A stretch of DNA of 64,000 nt from Flavobacteriales bacterium TMED96. Its GTDB lineage: Bacteria; Bacteroidota; Bacteroidia; Flavobacteriales; Flavobacteriaceae. Both the position numbers and the translations under genes were made by a program. The notes under the pieces are model-generated. The model was not told the origin of the DNA. It was given only the letters and a program-made list of their open reading frames with translations, and ran no database searches. Within the stretch, counting starts at the first letter, position 1. Every line of letters begins with the position of its first letter. The stretch covers positions 5,535 to 69,534 of the forward strand of contig NHEX02000054.1 in NCBI GenBank assembly GCA_002171475.2, in the 5' to 3' direction. This document shows positions 1 through 11,339 of the stretch, in pieces.

Positions 1-1753
<1,753 letters not shown>

Positions 1754-1838
1754 ATTTATATCACATACAAATATGCAAATTTTAGTATGCTTTAAAGCAA
1801 TTTAATGGAATAATTGTTTACAAAGTCAAAGCTATAAC

Positions 1839-2306
1839 TTACTTATCTTTCTTTTTATTTGTTTCGGCTATAATTTCAAAAGGATATTTTATAACAACAT
1901 CTTTGTGTAGTCTTAATGTTGCTTCATAGTTGCCAAGCCTTTTAATATTCCTTCCAGGTATTATAATGTATTTTTTGTCTAAGACTTTTCCTTCTTTGGA
2001 CAATGCATCCGACAAATTTTTTGAAGTTATAGATCCAAAAAGCTTGTCCTCTTCACCTACTTTTGAGGGTATTTTTAAATCAATTTTTAAAATATCACTA
2101 GCTAACTTCTCAGCCTCCTTAATTAATTTTTGATTTTTTTTGGTTTGTTGTTTCAAATTCTCGGCTAGTACCTTTTTAGCAGAATCTGTAGCTAATACAG
2201 CTTTACCCGTAGGTATTAAAAAGTTTCTTCCATAACCATTTTTAACAACTACAACCTCGTCTTTAAATCCTAAATTATCAATATCCTCTTTTAATATTAA
2301 TTCCAT
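1839..2306 (-). CDS. rplI: 50S ribosomal protein L9
   Basis: 155 aa, containing MELILKEDIDNLGFKDEVVVVKNGYGRNFLIP. It is the last gene of an rpsF-rpsR-rplI operon. Confidence 0.95.
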   Translation of the reverse strand: MELILKEDIDNLGFKDEVVVVKNGYGRNFLIPTGKAVLATDSAKKVLAENLKQQTKKNQKLIKEAEKLASDILKIDLKIPSKVGEEDKLFGSITSKNLSDALSKEGKVLDKKYIIIPGRNIKRLGNYEATLRLHKDVVIKYPFEIIAETNKKKDK

Positions 2307-2312
2307 AAAAAA

Positions 2313-2609
2313 TTATTTTAACATATCACCAACATATGGCATAATAGCAATGTGTCTGGCTCTTTTAATAGCTTTAGATACTTTTCTTTGGTATTTTAAG
2401 GAGGTTCCAGTTAAACGCCTTGGTAAAAGCTTACCTTGTTCATTAACGAAATTAATTAGAAATTCTGGGTCTTTATAATCAATATACTTTATACCTGATC
2501 TTTTAAACCTACAGTATTTTTTTTTAGTACTCGTGGAGATATTCAAAGGTGTCAAATATCTTATCTCACCTTCCTTTCGACCTTTATTTTGTTCTTCTAT
2601 TGTTGACAT
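2313..2609 (-). CDS. rpsR: 30S ribosomal protein S18
   Basis: 98 aa, containing KKKYCRFK...IKYIDYKD...LPRRLTG. It lies between S6 and L9. Confidence 0.95.
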   Translation of the reverse strand: MSTIEEQNKGRKEGEIRYLTPLNISTSTKKKYCRFKRSGIKYIDYKDPEFLINFVNEQGKLLPRRLTGTSLKYQRKVSKAIKRARHIAIMPYVGDMLK

Positions 2610-2611
2610 AA

Positions 2612-2956
2612 TTAAGACTTTACCTTAGACTTTGACTTTTTTACTCGTTTTTTTGCCCATTCAATAGCAAATTTGTCCAGTTTCACAGTAAGATATCGCA
2701 TAACTCTCTCATCTCTTCTAAATTCAATTTCAAGAGAATCTATTGCATTTGGGTCTACAGTATATTCAAACAAATGATAAAAACCACTTTTTTTATTTTG
2801 AATGGGATAAGCCAGTTTTTTCAGCCCCCAATTCTCCTTGTTAACAAATTTTGCTTTTTTATCACTTAAGAATGACTCAAATTTTTTTACTGCTTCCTTT
2901 ATCTGATCTTCAGATAAAACGGGATTTAAAATGAAAACAGTTTCATAATGATTCAT
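2612..2956 (-). CDS. rpsF: 30S ribosomal protein S6
   Basis: 114 aa. [12 protein letters not shown] is a canonical S6 N-terminus, and it is the first gene of the operon. Confidence 0.95.
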   Translation of the reverse strand: MNHYETVFILNPVLSEDQIKEAVKKFESFLSDKKAKFVNKENWGLKKLAYPIQNKKSGFYHLFEYTVDPNAIDSLEIEFRRDERVMRYLTVKLDKFAIEWAKKRVKKSKSKVKS

Positions 2957-2974
2957 AAATTATCTTTAGGCTCG

Positions 2975-3006
2975 CAAAAATAAGCTAAATTCAATGATTA
3001 GACAAA
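2975..3006 (-). promoter_or_regulatory. Bacteroidota sigma-A type promoter for rpsF-rpsR-rplI (-33 TTTG, 20-nt spacer, -7 TATTTTTG)
   Basis: The minus strand reads TTTG (3006-3003), then 20 nt, then TATTTTTG (2982-2975), ending 18 nt before the rpsF ATG. This matches the published Bacteroides/Flavobacterium consensus TTTG-N19-21-TAnnTTTG. Confidence 0.55.
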
Positions 3007-3038
3007 ATAATATCTCATTTATACCAAAAAAATTAAAA

Positions 3039-5486
3039 TTAATTTGGATCAACATCTACATTTAATTTAACAATTTGAAATTTTGCAATCGATTCAAAGG
3101 ATTCGACAGATCTCATGAGATGTTTCTTAATTTTGTTTCTAACATTCGTATTTGGGTATTTAATAAGAATTTGTTTTATAAATTGATTTTTAATTTTTGA
3201 TATATGAGGTTCAAATGGTCCATAAATTGGGTATATAAAGCCATTACTTAAAGATTTAAAAAGCCAATTGCTAGCTATTCTAAGTGTATTCGAGTCTCTG
3301 GATTTAATTATAATTTTAATTAATCGGTAGTAAGGAGGATAATTAAATTGATTTCTCTCTGTAATTTCTTTTTTATAAAAACCATCATGACTTTGTTTTT
3401 TTATCAACTCAAATATATTATTGTCAGGTGAAAATGTTTGTATTATAACCGATCCCTTTATTGATGACCTACCAGCTCTTCCAGCTACTTGAGTTAAAAT
3501 CTGAAAAGCTTTTTCATTAGCACGAAAATTTGGAAAAAATAAAATATTGTCGGCATTTATAACACCAACTAATCCAATATTTTTAAAATCCAACCCTTTA
3601 GTTATCATTTGAGTTCCAATTAGAATATCAATTTGAGAATTTTCGAATTTTTCTAAAATTTTATCAACTGAATATTTGCCACGTGTTGTATCCCAATCCA
3701 TTCTATCTACTCTAGCTTTAGGGAAAAACGATTTTATTTGTTCTTCGATTTGTTGGGTACCGTAACCTTTCATATCAATTTTTGAGCTAGTACACTTTAG
3801 ACATTTTTTTTGATTTTTTTCACTAAACCCACAATAATGACACTTTAGAGAATTGTTGTATTGGTGAAAAGTGAGGGATACATCACAATTACAACATTTA
3901 GGAATATATCCACAAGTTACACACTCTATAATCGGGGCATATCCTCTTCTATTTTGAAATAATAAAATTTGTTGACCCAATAACAATTTCTGTTGTATGG
4001 CATCATAGAGATCAGGTGTAAATAAACCTTTCATTTTATTAGCTCTGTAATAGATTTTCAAATCAATACATTTTATCTCTGGTGAAGTTGATAATCCATA
4101 TTTCTCTGTAAGTTTCACGTAACCATATTTTTTATTTAAGGCATTGAATTTAGATTCTAATGATGGTGTAGCAGAGCCTAAAATTAATTTTGCGTTATGT
4201 ATTTTGGATAACTTGATTGCGGAATCCCTAGCATTATACCTAGGCGCTGGATTCTCCTGCTTAAATGAGGAATCGTGTTCTTCATCTACAATTACTAATT
4301 TAAGATTTTGAAAAGGTAAGAATATAGAGGACCTGACACCAACAACAATCCTAGCATTTTCCTTATTTTTTAGAACATTATTCCAAACCTCAAATCTTTC
4401 CTCATTAGAAAATTTTGAATGATAAACAGATAAATATTTTCCAAAAATCTTTTTTAATCTGCTAACCATTTGAATGGTTAAAGATATCTCAGGCATTAGA
4501 AATAAAATTTGATATCCTTTTTTTAAAAATCTATTAATTAAATGGGAATATACTTCTGTTTTACCCGATGAGGTAACCCCTTCAAATAAAACGATTGAAT
4601 TATGTTTCCATATTTTCAAAATTTTTTCCTTAACCAACAGCTGAGACCTCGTTAATTTTAGTAACTCAGAAGTCTCGCTGAAGTTTATTTTAAATCTGTC
4701 TTCATGGACTGTTTTTTCTGATAAAATATTTAGCGAAATCATTTTTTTTAAAATTGAACTATTTAAATTACAATTCTGTTTTAGTAAATTGTATTCTATC
4801 CATTCACTTCCAGAATTATTTTCTAAAATATATTCAACAATTTTTCTTCTTCTTGGGGAGTTTTTAAACTCTAGATAATAATTGTTTTTATATTTTAATT
4901 CACTATATCTTTTATTAAGTTTTATATGTTTTACCAGTTTTGGTTTATATCTTTCTTTTATAGATTCAATTGATTTTATATAGCCTTTTTCAATGAGATT
5001 ATTAACTGCAGGGAAAATATTTTTTTTATTTAATATTAACTTTACTTCATCAATTTTAATTTTTTTTAAATCAAGTGCATCCAGAATTAAAATCTCTTCA
5101 TCAGAAATTTTATTATAATCAACATTTTTATTCAAATTCTTTTCTAATAAAGTTTCACTTGTAAGTAAAAAACTACTAGGCATAGAAGCCTTCAAAATAT
5201 TGCCCATTGAACATTGATAATAATTACTCATCCATTTCCAAAAAAATATTTGATTTTTGTCCACTACTGGTAAATCGTCTTGAAATGCAAATATTTCTTT
5301 TGGTTCATAATTATTAGGGATGCTTTTATGTTTTTTAATAACAATAGAAGTGAATACTCTCTTTGCTCCAAATGGAACCAAAACTCTGAATCCTTTTTTT
5401 ATAAATTTAAATTCCTCTTCACTGATTCTGTAGGTATAAAAATTTTTTAGAGGAAACGGAAGAAGAACGTCAATGTAAAATGACAT
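3039..5486 (-). CDS. priA: primosomal replication-restart helicase PriA
   Basis: 815 aa. It has a Walker A (GVTSSGKTEVY), a DEEH box (VIVDEEHDSS), a Cys-rich zinc insertion (CVTCGYIPKCCNCDVSLTFH...CHYCG) and helicase C motifs. Confidence 0.9.
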   Translation of the reverse strand: MSFYIDVLLPFPLKNFYTYRISEEEFKFIKKGFRVLVPFGAKRVFTSIVIKKHKSIPNNYEPKEIFAFQDDLPVVDKNQIFFWKWMSNYYQCSMGNILKASMPSSFLLTSETLLEKNLNKNVDYNKISDEEILILDALDLKKIKIDEVKLILNKKNIFPAVNNLIEKGYIKSIESIKERYKPKLVKHIKLNKRYSELKYKNNYYLEFKNSPRRRKIVEYILENNSGSEWIEYNLLKQNCNLNSSILKKMISLNILSEKTVHEDRFKINFSETSELLKLTRSQLLVKEKILKIWKHNSIVLFEGVTSSGKTEVYSHLINRFLKKGYQILFLMPEISLTIQMVSRLKKIFGKYLSVYHSKFSNEERFEVWNNVLKNKENARIVVGVRSSIFLPFQNLKLVIVDEEHDSSFKQENPAPRYNARDSAIKLSKIHNAKLILGSATPSLESKFNALNKKYGYVKLTEKYGLSTSPEIKCIDLKIYYRANKMKGLFTPDLYDAIQQKLLLGQQILLFQNRRGYAPIIECVTCGYIPKCCNCDVSLTFHQYNNSLKCHYCGFSEKNQKKCLKCTSSKIDMKGYGTQQIEEQIKSFFPKARVDRMDWDTTRGKYSVDKILEKFENSQIDILIGTQMITKGLDFKNIGLVGVINADNILFFPNFRANEKAFQILTQVAGRAGRSSIKGSVIIQTFSPDNNIFELIKKQSHDGFYKKEITERNQFNYPPYYRLIKIIIKSRDSNTLRIASNWLFKSLSNGFIYPIYGPFEPHISKIKNQFIKQILIKYPNTNVRNKIKKHLMRSVESFESIAKFQIVKLNVDVDPN

Positions 5487-6382
5487 TACTTAGCTTTTTT
5501 TTCTTCGTTTAAGCTTCTAATAGTTGCATTTAATTCAAATCCAAGAAGTAATATTATTGAATTAATCCAACTAAAAAGCATGAAAATTAACAACGCACCA
5601 ATTGAACCATATAATTGGTTATAGTTTGAAAAGTTATCAATATAGATACCAAACAAATAGGTACTAAAGAAAAATAACAAGGTTGTCATTAAAGCACCTG
5701 GTGAAAAAAAACCTGTAAATTTACCTTGAATTGTTCCAAAATAGTAAAGTATTGTAATTGATATATAAGCTAATAAGACAAAAATCAAATTTTGTAAAAA
5801 AATTGCAAAATTAATTGATTCAGGCAGAAGCCTTTGAAATAAAAGTTCAAATGAAACGAAGGAGATTACGGAGATTAAAAGTAATAATGCTAGAATTACA
5901 CTTACACCAAGAGAATAAAAATATTGTTTGAAAATGTTTCTAAATTCTTTAACATGATAAGAAACCTCAAAACTAGTAAAAATTGAATTTACCCCATTTG
6001 CAGTTAAAATAATAGAAAGTATGAATACAGAAGATAATAATCCAGCTCTTGGCTTGGATTTTATATCTTCAAATATTTTTTCAAAAAAAGTATGAGTGTC
6101 TTGAGGCAGAATAGTCTCGATGAAATTAAATAAAATGGCATCAAAATTCTCGATACTAATAAATTTTGGAACAAACGGAATTAAATTTAAAACAAATAAA
6201 ATGAAAGGAAAAAGTGCCATAAAAAAGCTAAAAGAAATAGAACCTGCTCTTGATGTCAATATACCTCTAGTTAAACCCAAGAAATATAATTCTATAAGGT
6301 CTAATAGAGAAAATCCATTTAAACCTGGAATTTTTATATAGGAAAGGGTTTTTTTTATTTTTTCTTTAAGTTTATTTATCAT
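5486..6382 (-). CDS. YihY/BrkB-family polytopic membrane protein
   Basis: 298 aa with about 6 TM segments. The architecture and N-terminal motif (LTRGILTSRAGSISFSFFMALFP) are typical of the YihY family. Its start shares 1 nt with the priA stop. Confidence 0.7.
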   Translation of the reverse strand: MINKLKEKIKKTLSYIKIPGLNGFSLLDLIELYFLGLTRGILTSRAGSISFSFFMALFPFILFVLNLIPFVPKFISIENFDAILFNFIETILPQDTHTFFEKIFEDIKSKPRAGLLSSVFILSIILTANGVNSIFTSFEVSYHVKEFRNIFKQYFYSLGVSVILALLLLISVISFVSFELLFQRLLPESINFAIFLQNLIFVLLAYISITILYYFGTIQGKFTGFFSPGALMTTLLFFFSTYLFGIYIDNFSNYNQLYGSIGALLIFMLFSWINSIILLLGFELNATIRSLNEEKKAK

Positions 6383-6445
6383 TTATTTTTCTTTAAAATT
6401 AGTTTATTTTAAATAAATTTTTTGTTGATTTTGTATTTTTAAAAA

Positions 6446-6919
6446 ATGAAGATTGAGTTAATATGCATTGAAAAAACCAAAAAAATTGAGTATAAAAATA
6501 TAATACAAGATTATTTAAAAAGAATTAATAGAAAATTAGACCTCACGATTAAAGAAATAACATTTGTTAACTCAAAAAAACAGATAAGAGAAAGTGTTTT
6601 AATTAAGCAAGCCAATCTTATTAAAAAATATATAAATGATAAAGATTATGTAGTTCTTCTCGATGAGGGAGGTAAAAGTTTTTCATCGATTAATTTTTCC
6701 AAATGGATAAATCAAAAAATCTCGTCCGGAGATACAAAATGTTTAAAATTTATAATTGGTGGTCCATACGGTTTCAATAAAAAACATCTTAATTTATTTC
6801 ATGAAAAAATAAGTTTCTCCAAAATGACTTTTTCTCATCAGATGATAAGAATTTTTGTTTTGGAGCAAATCTACAGAAGTTTAAAAATTATTAATAATGA
6901 ACCATATCACAATGAATAA
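6446..6919 (+). CDS. rlmH: 23S rRNA (pseudouridine1915-N3)-methyltransferase
   Basis: 157 aa SPOUT fold, containing FIIGGPYGF and a C-terminal EQIYRS...PYH. Confidence 0.9.
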   Translation: MKIELICIEKTKKIEYKNIIQDYLKRINRKLDLTIKEITFVNSKKQIRESVLIKQANLIKKYINDKDYVVLLDEGGKSFSSINFSKWINQKISSGDTKCLKFIIGGPYGFNKKHLNLFHEKISFSKMTFSHQMIRIFVLEQIYRSLKIINNEPYHNE

Positions 6920-7508
6920 AGGATTCGAATTAGTATTTGCTTCGCGTAATAAAGGAAAATATAATGAGATAAAGAGAATGATGCCTAGAAATATTAATTT
7001 GCTCAGCTTAAATGATTTAAATTTCATAGGTGATATAAAAGAAACAGGAGAAACTTTGAAGCAAAATGCAAAAATAAAATCTGATTTTATATTCAATAAT
7101 TTTGGAGTTAATTGTTTTGCTGATGACACTGGCTTAGAAATAGATTCCCTAAATGGAATGCCGGGTGTTTACTCAGCAAGATTTGCAGGCAAAACCTGTA
7201 ATTCAAATGAAAATATTGAAAAAGTATGGAAATTATTAGCTGGATATGAAAATACTGATGCAAAATTCAAGTCGATATTATCATTAAATATTAATGGGAA
7301 AACGGTTTTTTTTGAAGGAAAAATTGATGGAAAAATCATCTTCAACAAAAGAGGGACTAATGGTTTTGGATATGACTCAATATTTGTTCCCAATGGATAC
7401 AACAAAACATTTGCTGAATTAAATCTGGTTGAAAAAAATCAAATAAGTCACCGTTCAGAAGCTCTTAAAAGATTAATTATTTTTTTGGATAAACAAAAAT
7501 ATCTGTAA
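6912..7508 (+). CDS. rdgB: non-canonical purine NTP pyrophosphatase (RdgB/HAM1)
   Basis: Motifs FASRNKGKYNEI, DDTGLEIDSLNGMPGVYSARFAG, FGYDSIFVP and ISHRSEA are present. The ORF opens at 6897, but the ATG at 6912 (MNKGFELVFAS) fits the family N-terminus better. Confidence 0.85.
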   Translation: MNKGFELVFASRNKGKYNEIKRMMPRNINLLSLNDLNFIGDIKETGETLKQNAKIKSDFIFNNFGVNCFADDTGLEIDSLNGMPGVYSARFAGKTCNSNENIEKVWKLLAGYENTDAKFKSILSLNINGKTVFFEGKIDGKIIFNKRGTNGFGYDSIFVPNGYNKTFAELNLVEKNQISHRSEALKRLIIFLDKQKYL

Positions 7509-7527
7509 TTTAAAAAAAAGATTCATT

Positions 7528-8298
7528 TTGGTTTTTAAAAAAAGCCTTCATTTATTACTATTTGTATTAATCTTCGATTTGGTTAATGCACAAGATCAAA
7601 CTTCCCTTCTTAAAGGGAAGATCAAAAACGATGGTACTGATGAGTTCATGTCAAGTGTTCATGTTCTGAATTTGAACTCAGTAGAAGGTGTTATTAGCGA
7701 TTCTAATGGTAATTTTGAAATTGCTGTAAGGGCAAAGGATACACTTTATTTTTCCTATTTAGGTTTTAAACCACTTAAAGTACCAGTTAGTAATGATATG
7801 ATAAAACTTGGTATACCAATTTTCAGGCTTACCCAGCTTTCATTTGCATTGGAAGAGGTGATAGTGAAACCCTATTCTCTAACGGGATACTTGGATATAG
7901 ATGTTAAAAAAGTACCCCTTAATCCTGCAGGAAGGTTTACTATTCCAGGACTTCCTCAATCTGGTTATGAGGCTGGAAACAGAAATAAATCTTCAATTTC
8001 TAAAGCAATTGGATCATTATTTAATCCTGCAGACTTCTTGTATAATTTATTTGGCAAAAATCCAAAACAAATGAGAAAGTTAAAAAAAATGAGAGAAGAT
8101 GATGAAATTAAAAATTTACTCGCAACTAAATTTGATAGAGAAGTTCTAGTACAGCTTTTAGGGGTTAATAGAGTAAATCTTGAAGAAATATTGAGAAACT
8201 GTAACTATTCTAATGCGTTTATTAAAGAAGCCAATGATTTACAAATTTTAGAAGCGATAAGTGGTTGTTACGAAGAGTACAAAATTCTTCAACTTTAG
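7528..8298 (+). CDS. secreted protein with a carboxypeptidase-regulatory-like (CarbopepD_reg) domain
   Basis: 256 aa with a TTG start and a signal peptide. The segment GKIKNDGT...VHVLNLNSVEGVISDSNGNFEIAVRAKDTLYFSYLGFKP matches the CarbopepD_reg beta-sandwich pattern. Confidence 0.5.
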   Translation: MVFKKSLHLLLFVLIFDLVNAQDQTSLLKGKIKNDGTDEFMSSVHVLNLNSVEGVISDSNGNFEIAVRAKDTLYFSYLGFKPLKVPVSNDMIKLGIPIFRLTQLSFALEEVIVKPYSLTGYLDIDVKKVPLNPAGRFTIPGLPQSGYEAGNRNKSSISKAIGSLFNPADFLYNLFGKNPKQMRKLKKMREDDEIKNLLATKFDREVLVQLLGVNRVNLEEILRNCNYSNAFIKEANDLQILEAISGCYEEYKILQL

Positions 8299-8375
8299 GT
8301 TTCCAGTAATAATTTAGATTAAATAAATTAGATATTAAACTAATGATTTTATGATTAAACTTTATCTTTGCGTTA

Positions 8376-9728
8376 ATGAAAAATGCACTGATCAACTCAT
8401 TAAATTCAATCTCACCAATTGATGGAAGATATCGAAATCAAATTGAAAATCTCTCAAGATATTTTTCTGAAAAAGCCTTGATATATTATAGGTTGGTAGT
8501 TGAGATTGAATATTTTATATCTCTAGTTGAAATCCCTCTACCACAACTTGAAACCTTTCCAATAAAGAAAATTAAATATTTAAAAAAGATTTATGAAAAG
8601 TTTACTGATGAGGATGCTTTAGAAGTAAAAAAAATTGAAATTCAAACTAATCATGATGTCAAAGCAATAGAATATTTTTTAAAAGATAAATTCGATCTAA
8701 TTGGAATTTCAAAATTCAAAGAGTTTATTCATTTCGGCCTTACCTCCCAGGACATTAACAATACTAGTATACCTCTGTCAATTAAACATGCAATTAAAGA
8801 GAAATATTTACCCAATCTTAATGAACTGATGTCAAATCTTAAAAAGCTTTCAAATAAATCAAAAAACATCTCCATGCTTGCTAGAACGCACGGACAGCCT
8901 GCCTCTCCCACAAAATTGGGAAAAGAAATAATGGTTTTTATTGAAAGGCTAGAAAATCAAATTACAGTTCTAAGTTCAATACCTCATGCTGCCAAGTTTG
9001 GGGGTGCAACAGGAAACTACAATGCCCATGTGGTAAGTTATCCAAAAATTAATTGGAGAAAATTTAGTTCAACCTTTTTAGAAACTAAGTTTGGACTTAA
9101 ACATTCTTTTCCAACAACACAAATTGAGCACTATGATTATTTTTCTTCTCAGTGTGACGCATTAAGAAGAATTAATAATATTTTAATCGACATGTGCAGA
9201 GATATTTGGTATTATATTTCTATGGATTATTTTAAGCAAAAAATAGTTAGAAATGAGGTAGGATCTTCTGCTATGCCCCATAAGATAAATCCGATAGATT
9301 TTGAAAATGCTGAAGGTAATCTGGGTTTAGCTAATTCTTTATTAATTCACCTTTCACAAAAATTACCAATTTCGAGACTTCAAAGAGATTTGACAGATAG
9401 TACAACACTAAGAAATATTGGAATACCTTTTGCACATACTATTATAGCATTAAAATCGTTAATCAAAGGATTATCGAAATTGTTAATTAATAAAGACAAA
9501 ATATCCAAAGATCTGGAGGAAAATTGGTCAGTTGTGGCTGAAGGAATACAAACTGTGTTAAGAAAAGAAGGATACGTGGGTGCATATGAAAAACTTAAAG
9601 ACCTAACTAGAAAAAATAAAAAAATAAACCAAACTATAATTAACGAATTTATAAATTCACTTGATATAAGTTTGGAAGTTAAAAATGATCTAAAGAAGAT
9701 TACACCCTTTAATTATGTTGGAATTTAA
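8376..9728 (+). CDS. purB: adenylosuccinate lyase
   Basis: 450 aa. It carries the fumarate-lyase signature GSSAMPHKINP and the N-terminal SPIDGRY motif. Confidence 0.95.
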   Translation: MKNALINSLNSISPIDGRYRNQIENLSRYFSEKALIYYRLVVEIEYFISLVEIPLPQLETFPIKKIKYLKKIYEKFTDEDALEVKKIEIQTNHDVKAIEYFLKDKFDLIGISKFKEFIHFGLTSQDINNTSIPLSIKHAIKEKYLPNLNELMSNLKKLSNKSKNISMLARTHGQPASPTKLGKEIMVFIERLENQITVLSSIPHAAKFGGATGNYNAHVVSYPKINWRKFSSTFLETKFGLKHSFPTTQIEHYDYFSSQCDALRRINNILIDMCRDIWYYISMDYFKQKIVRNEVGSSAMPHKINPIDFENAEGNLGLANSLLIHLSQKLPISRLQRDLTDSTTLRNIGIPFAHTIIALKSLIKGLSKLLINKDKISKDLEENWSVVAEGIQTVLRKEGYVGAYEKLKDLTRKNKKINQTIINEFINSLDISLEVKNDLKKITPFNYVGI

Positions 9729-9746
9729 ATTTGGCATTTTTTTTGT

Positions 9747-11339
9747 ATGGAACTTTGTAATATGATAAAATTTAAAATTACGATTAAACGTCTAATCTCC
9801 TTGTCATTATTTTTTCTTCTATCGATACAATGTTCTAAGAGTGATATTGACGACAATGAAATAAATGTTGTATCCGATGTGGATTCAGAATCTAGCGATT
9901 CTCCACCAGAAATAACTCTTTCAACAGAAATTAACGACTTTATTTGGAAAGGATTAAATCAATATTATTATTGGCAATCAGATGTCTCTAATCTAGCAGA
10001 TTCAAAAGCTACAATGGAAAGTGAATATATTGCACTTTTAAATTCTCAGCATGATAGCAAGGAGTTTTTTGAGGGTTTACTTCATCAAGATGATAGATTT
10101 AGTTGGATAGAAGAAGACTATGAAGTTCTGGAAAATCAACTTTCTGGATCAACTGCCTCTAATGGCATGAAATTTCAACTTTACGTAAGAGACGATGGAG
10201 AGAGTATTATTGGAGCAGTGACGTATGTATTACCTGAGTCAGATGCATTCAACAAAGGGATAATACGTGGAGATATTTTTAATAGCGTAAATGGCAATGA
10301 ATTGAACTTTAGTAACTACATGTCGTTGTTGTATGGACAACAATCAGGTTATAGCATTCAACTTGTAGATTATGATCCTGAGAACGATTTAGTTACTCCA
10401 AGGGATAAAAGTGTAACATTATATAAAGAAGAAAACTTTCAAGAATTGCCAGTGCACAAAACTTCTATAATTGAACATGATTCAAAAAAGATAGGATATG
10501 TTATGTATAATAAGTTTTTAGGAACAGTGGATAGTGACGGTGATGGAGAAGTAGATAGAGATTTTAATGAAGAATTAATTAATTTATTTGTTTATTTAAA
10601 AAGTCAAAATTTGGATGAGCTTGTTTTAGATTTAAGATATAATGGAGGTGGTTCGGTAAATACCTGCACCTACTTAGCTAGTTTGATAACGGGTCAATTC
10701 ACAGGAACTATTTTTGCTAAACAAATATGGAATGAAAAAATAATGGCATTTATTGAGGACAGAAACTCTAATGATGACCCCTCAGACGATTTAAATTTCG
10801 ACAACTACTTTACTGACCTAGCACCCGACGGGAATCCTCTTCCAAGTCTTGGCCTAAATAGATTATACGTTTTGACATCGAATAGAACTGCCTCATCAAG
10901 TGAACTTCTTATAAATGGATTAACACCACATATTAACATAATACAAATTGGAATAAAAACAGTTGGAAAAAATGTAGGATCAATCACTTTATATGACTAC
11001 ACTGATAATGATCAACAAATTAAAAATCCAAAGCATAAATATGCGATGCAACCAATCGTTTTAAAAATTGCTAATAGTGAAAACTTCGCGGATTATAATT
11101 ATGGCTTAGAGCCCGACATAGAATACAGAGAAAAGGCTTCAAATTTGGGCATTATAGGCGATAAAACCGAGCCACTCTTATCTTTAGCATTGAATCATAT
11201 TTCTGGCAGCAGTAACAAAAAAGTTGATATAAAAGAGTCTTTAACACCTATATTTGAACCTGGTATTGATAGAAATCAGCTTATGTTTATTGATAAAATA
11301 AATCTTAAATTATTGGAAGATTCTAAAATTCATAACTAA
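9747..11339 (+). CDS. S41-family peptidase lipoprotein
   Basis: 530 aa with a signal peptide and lipobox (LLSIQC). It has the S41 core LDLRYNGGGSV and a later TASSSE serine region. The probable start is the ATG at 9762. Confidence 0.75.
   Translation: MELCNMIKFKITIKRLISLSLFFLLSIQCSKSDIDDNEINVVSDVDSESSDSPPEITLSTEINDFIWKGLNQYYYWQSDVSNLADSKATMESEYIALLNSQHDSKEFFEGLLHQDDRFSWIEEDYEVLENQLSGSTASNGMKFQLYVRDDGESIIGAVTYVLPESDAFNKGIIRGDIFNSVNGNELNFSNYMSLLYGQQSGYSIQLVDYDPENDLVTPRDKSVTLYKEENFQELPVHKTSIIEHDSKKIGYVMYNKFLGTVDSDGDGEVDRDFNEELINLFVYLKSQNLDELVLDLRYNGGGSVNTCTYLASLITGQFTGTIFAKQIWNEKIMAFIEDRNSNDDPSDDLNFDNYFTDLAPDGNPLPSLGLNRLYVLTSNRTASSSELLINGLTPHINIIQIGIKTVGKNVGSITLYDYTDNDQQIKNPKHKYAMQPIVLKIANSENFADYNYGLEPDIEYREKASNLGIIGDKTEPLLSLALNHISGSSNKKVDIKESLTPIFEPGIDRNQLMFIDKINLKLLEDSKIHN

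Noticed and set aside
8363-8370. TATCTTTG 6 nt upstream of the purB ATG as a promoter -7 box
   Set aside because: There is no -33 TTG at 19-21 nt spacing, and the box would place the transcription start inside the coding sequence. The evidence is insufficient.
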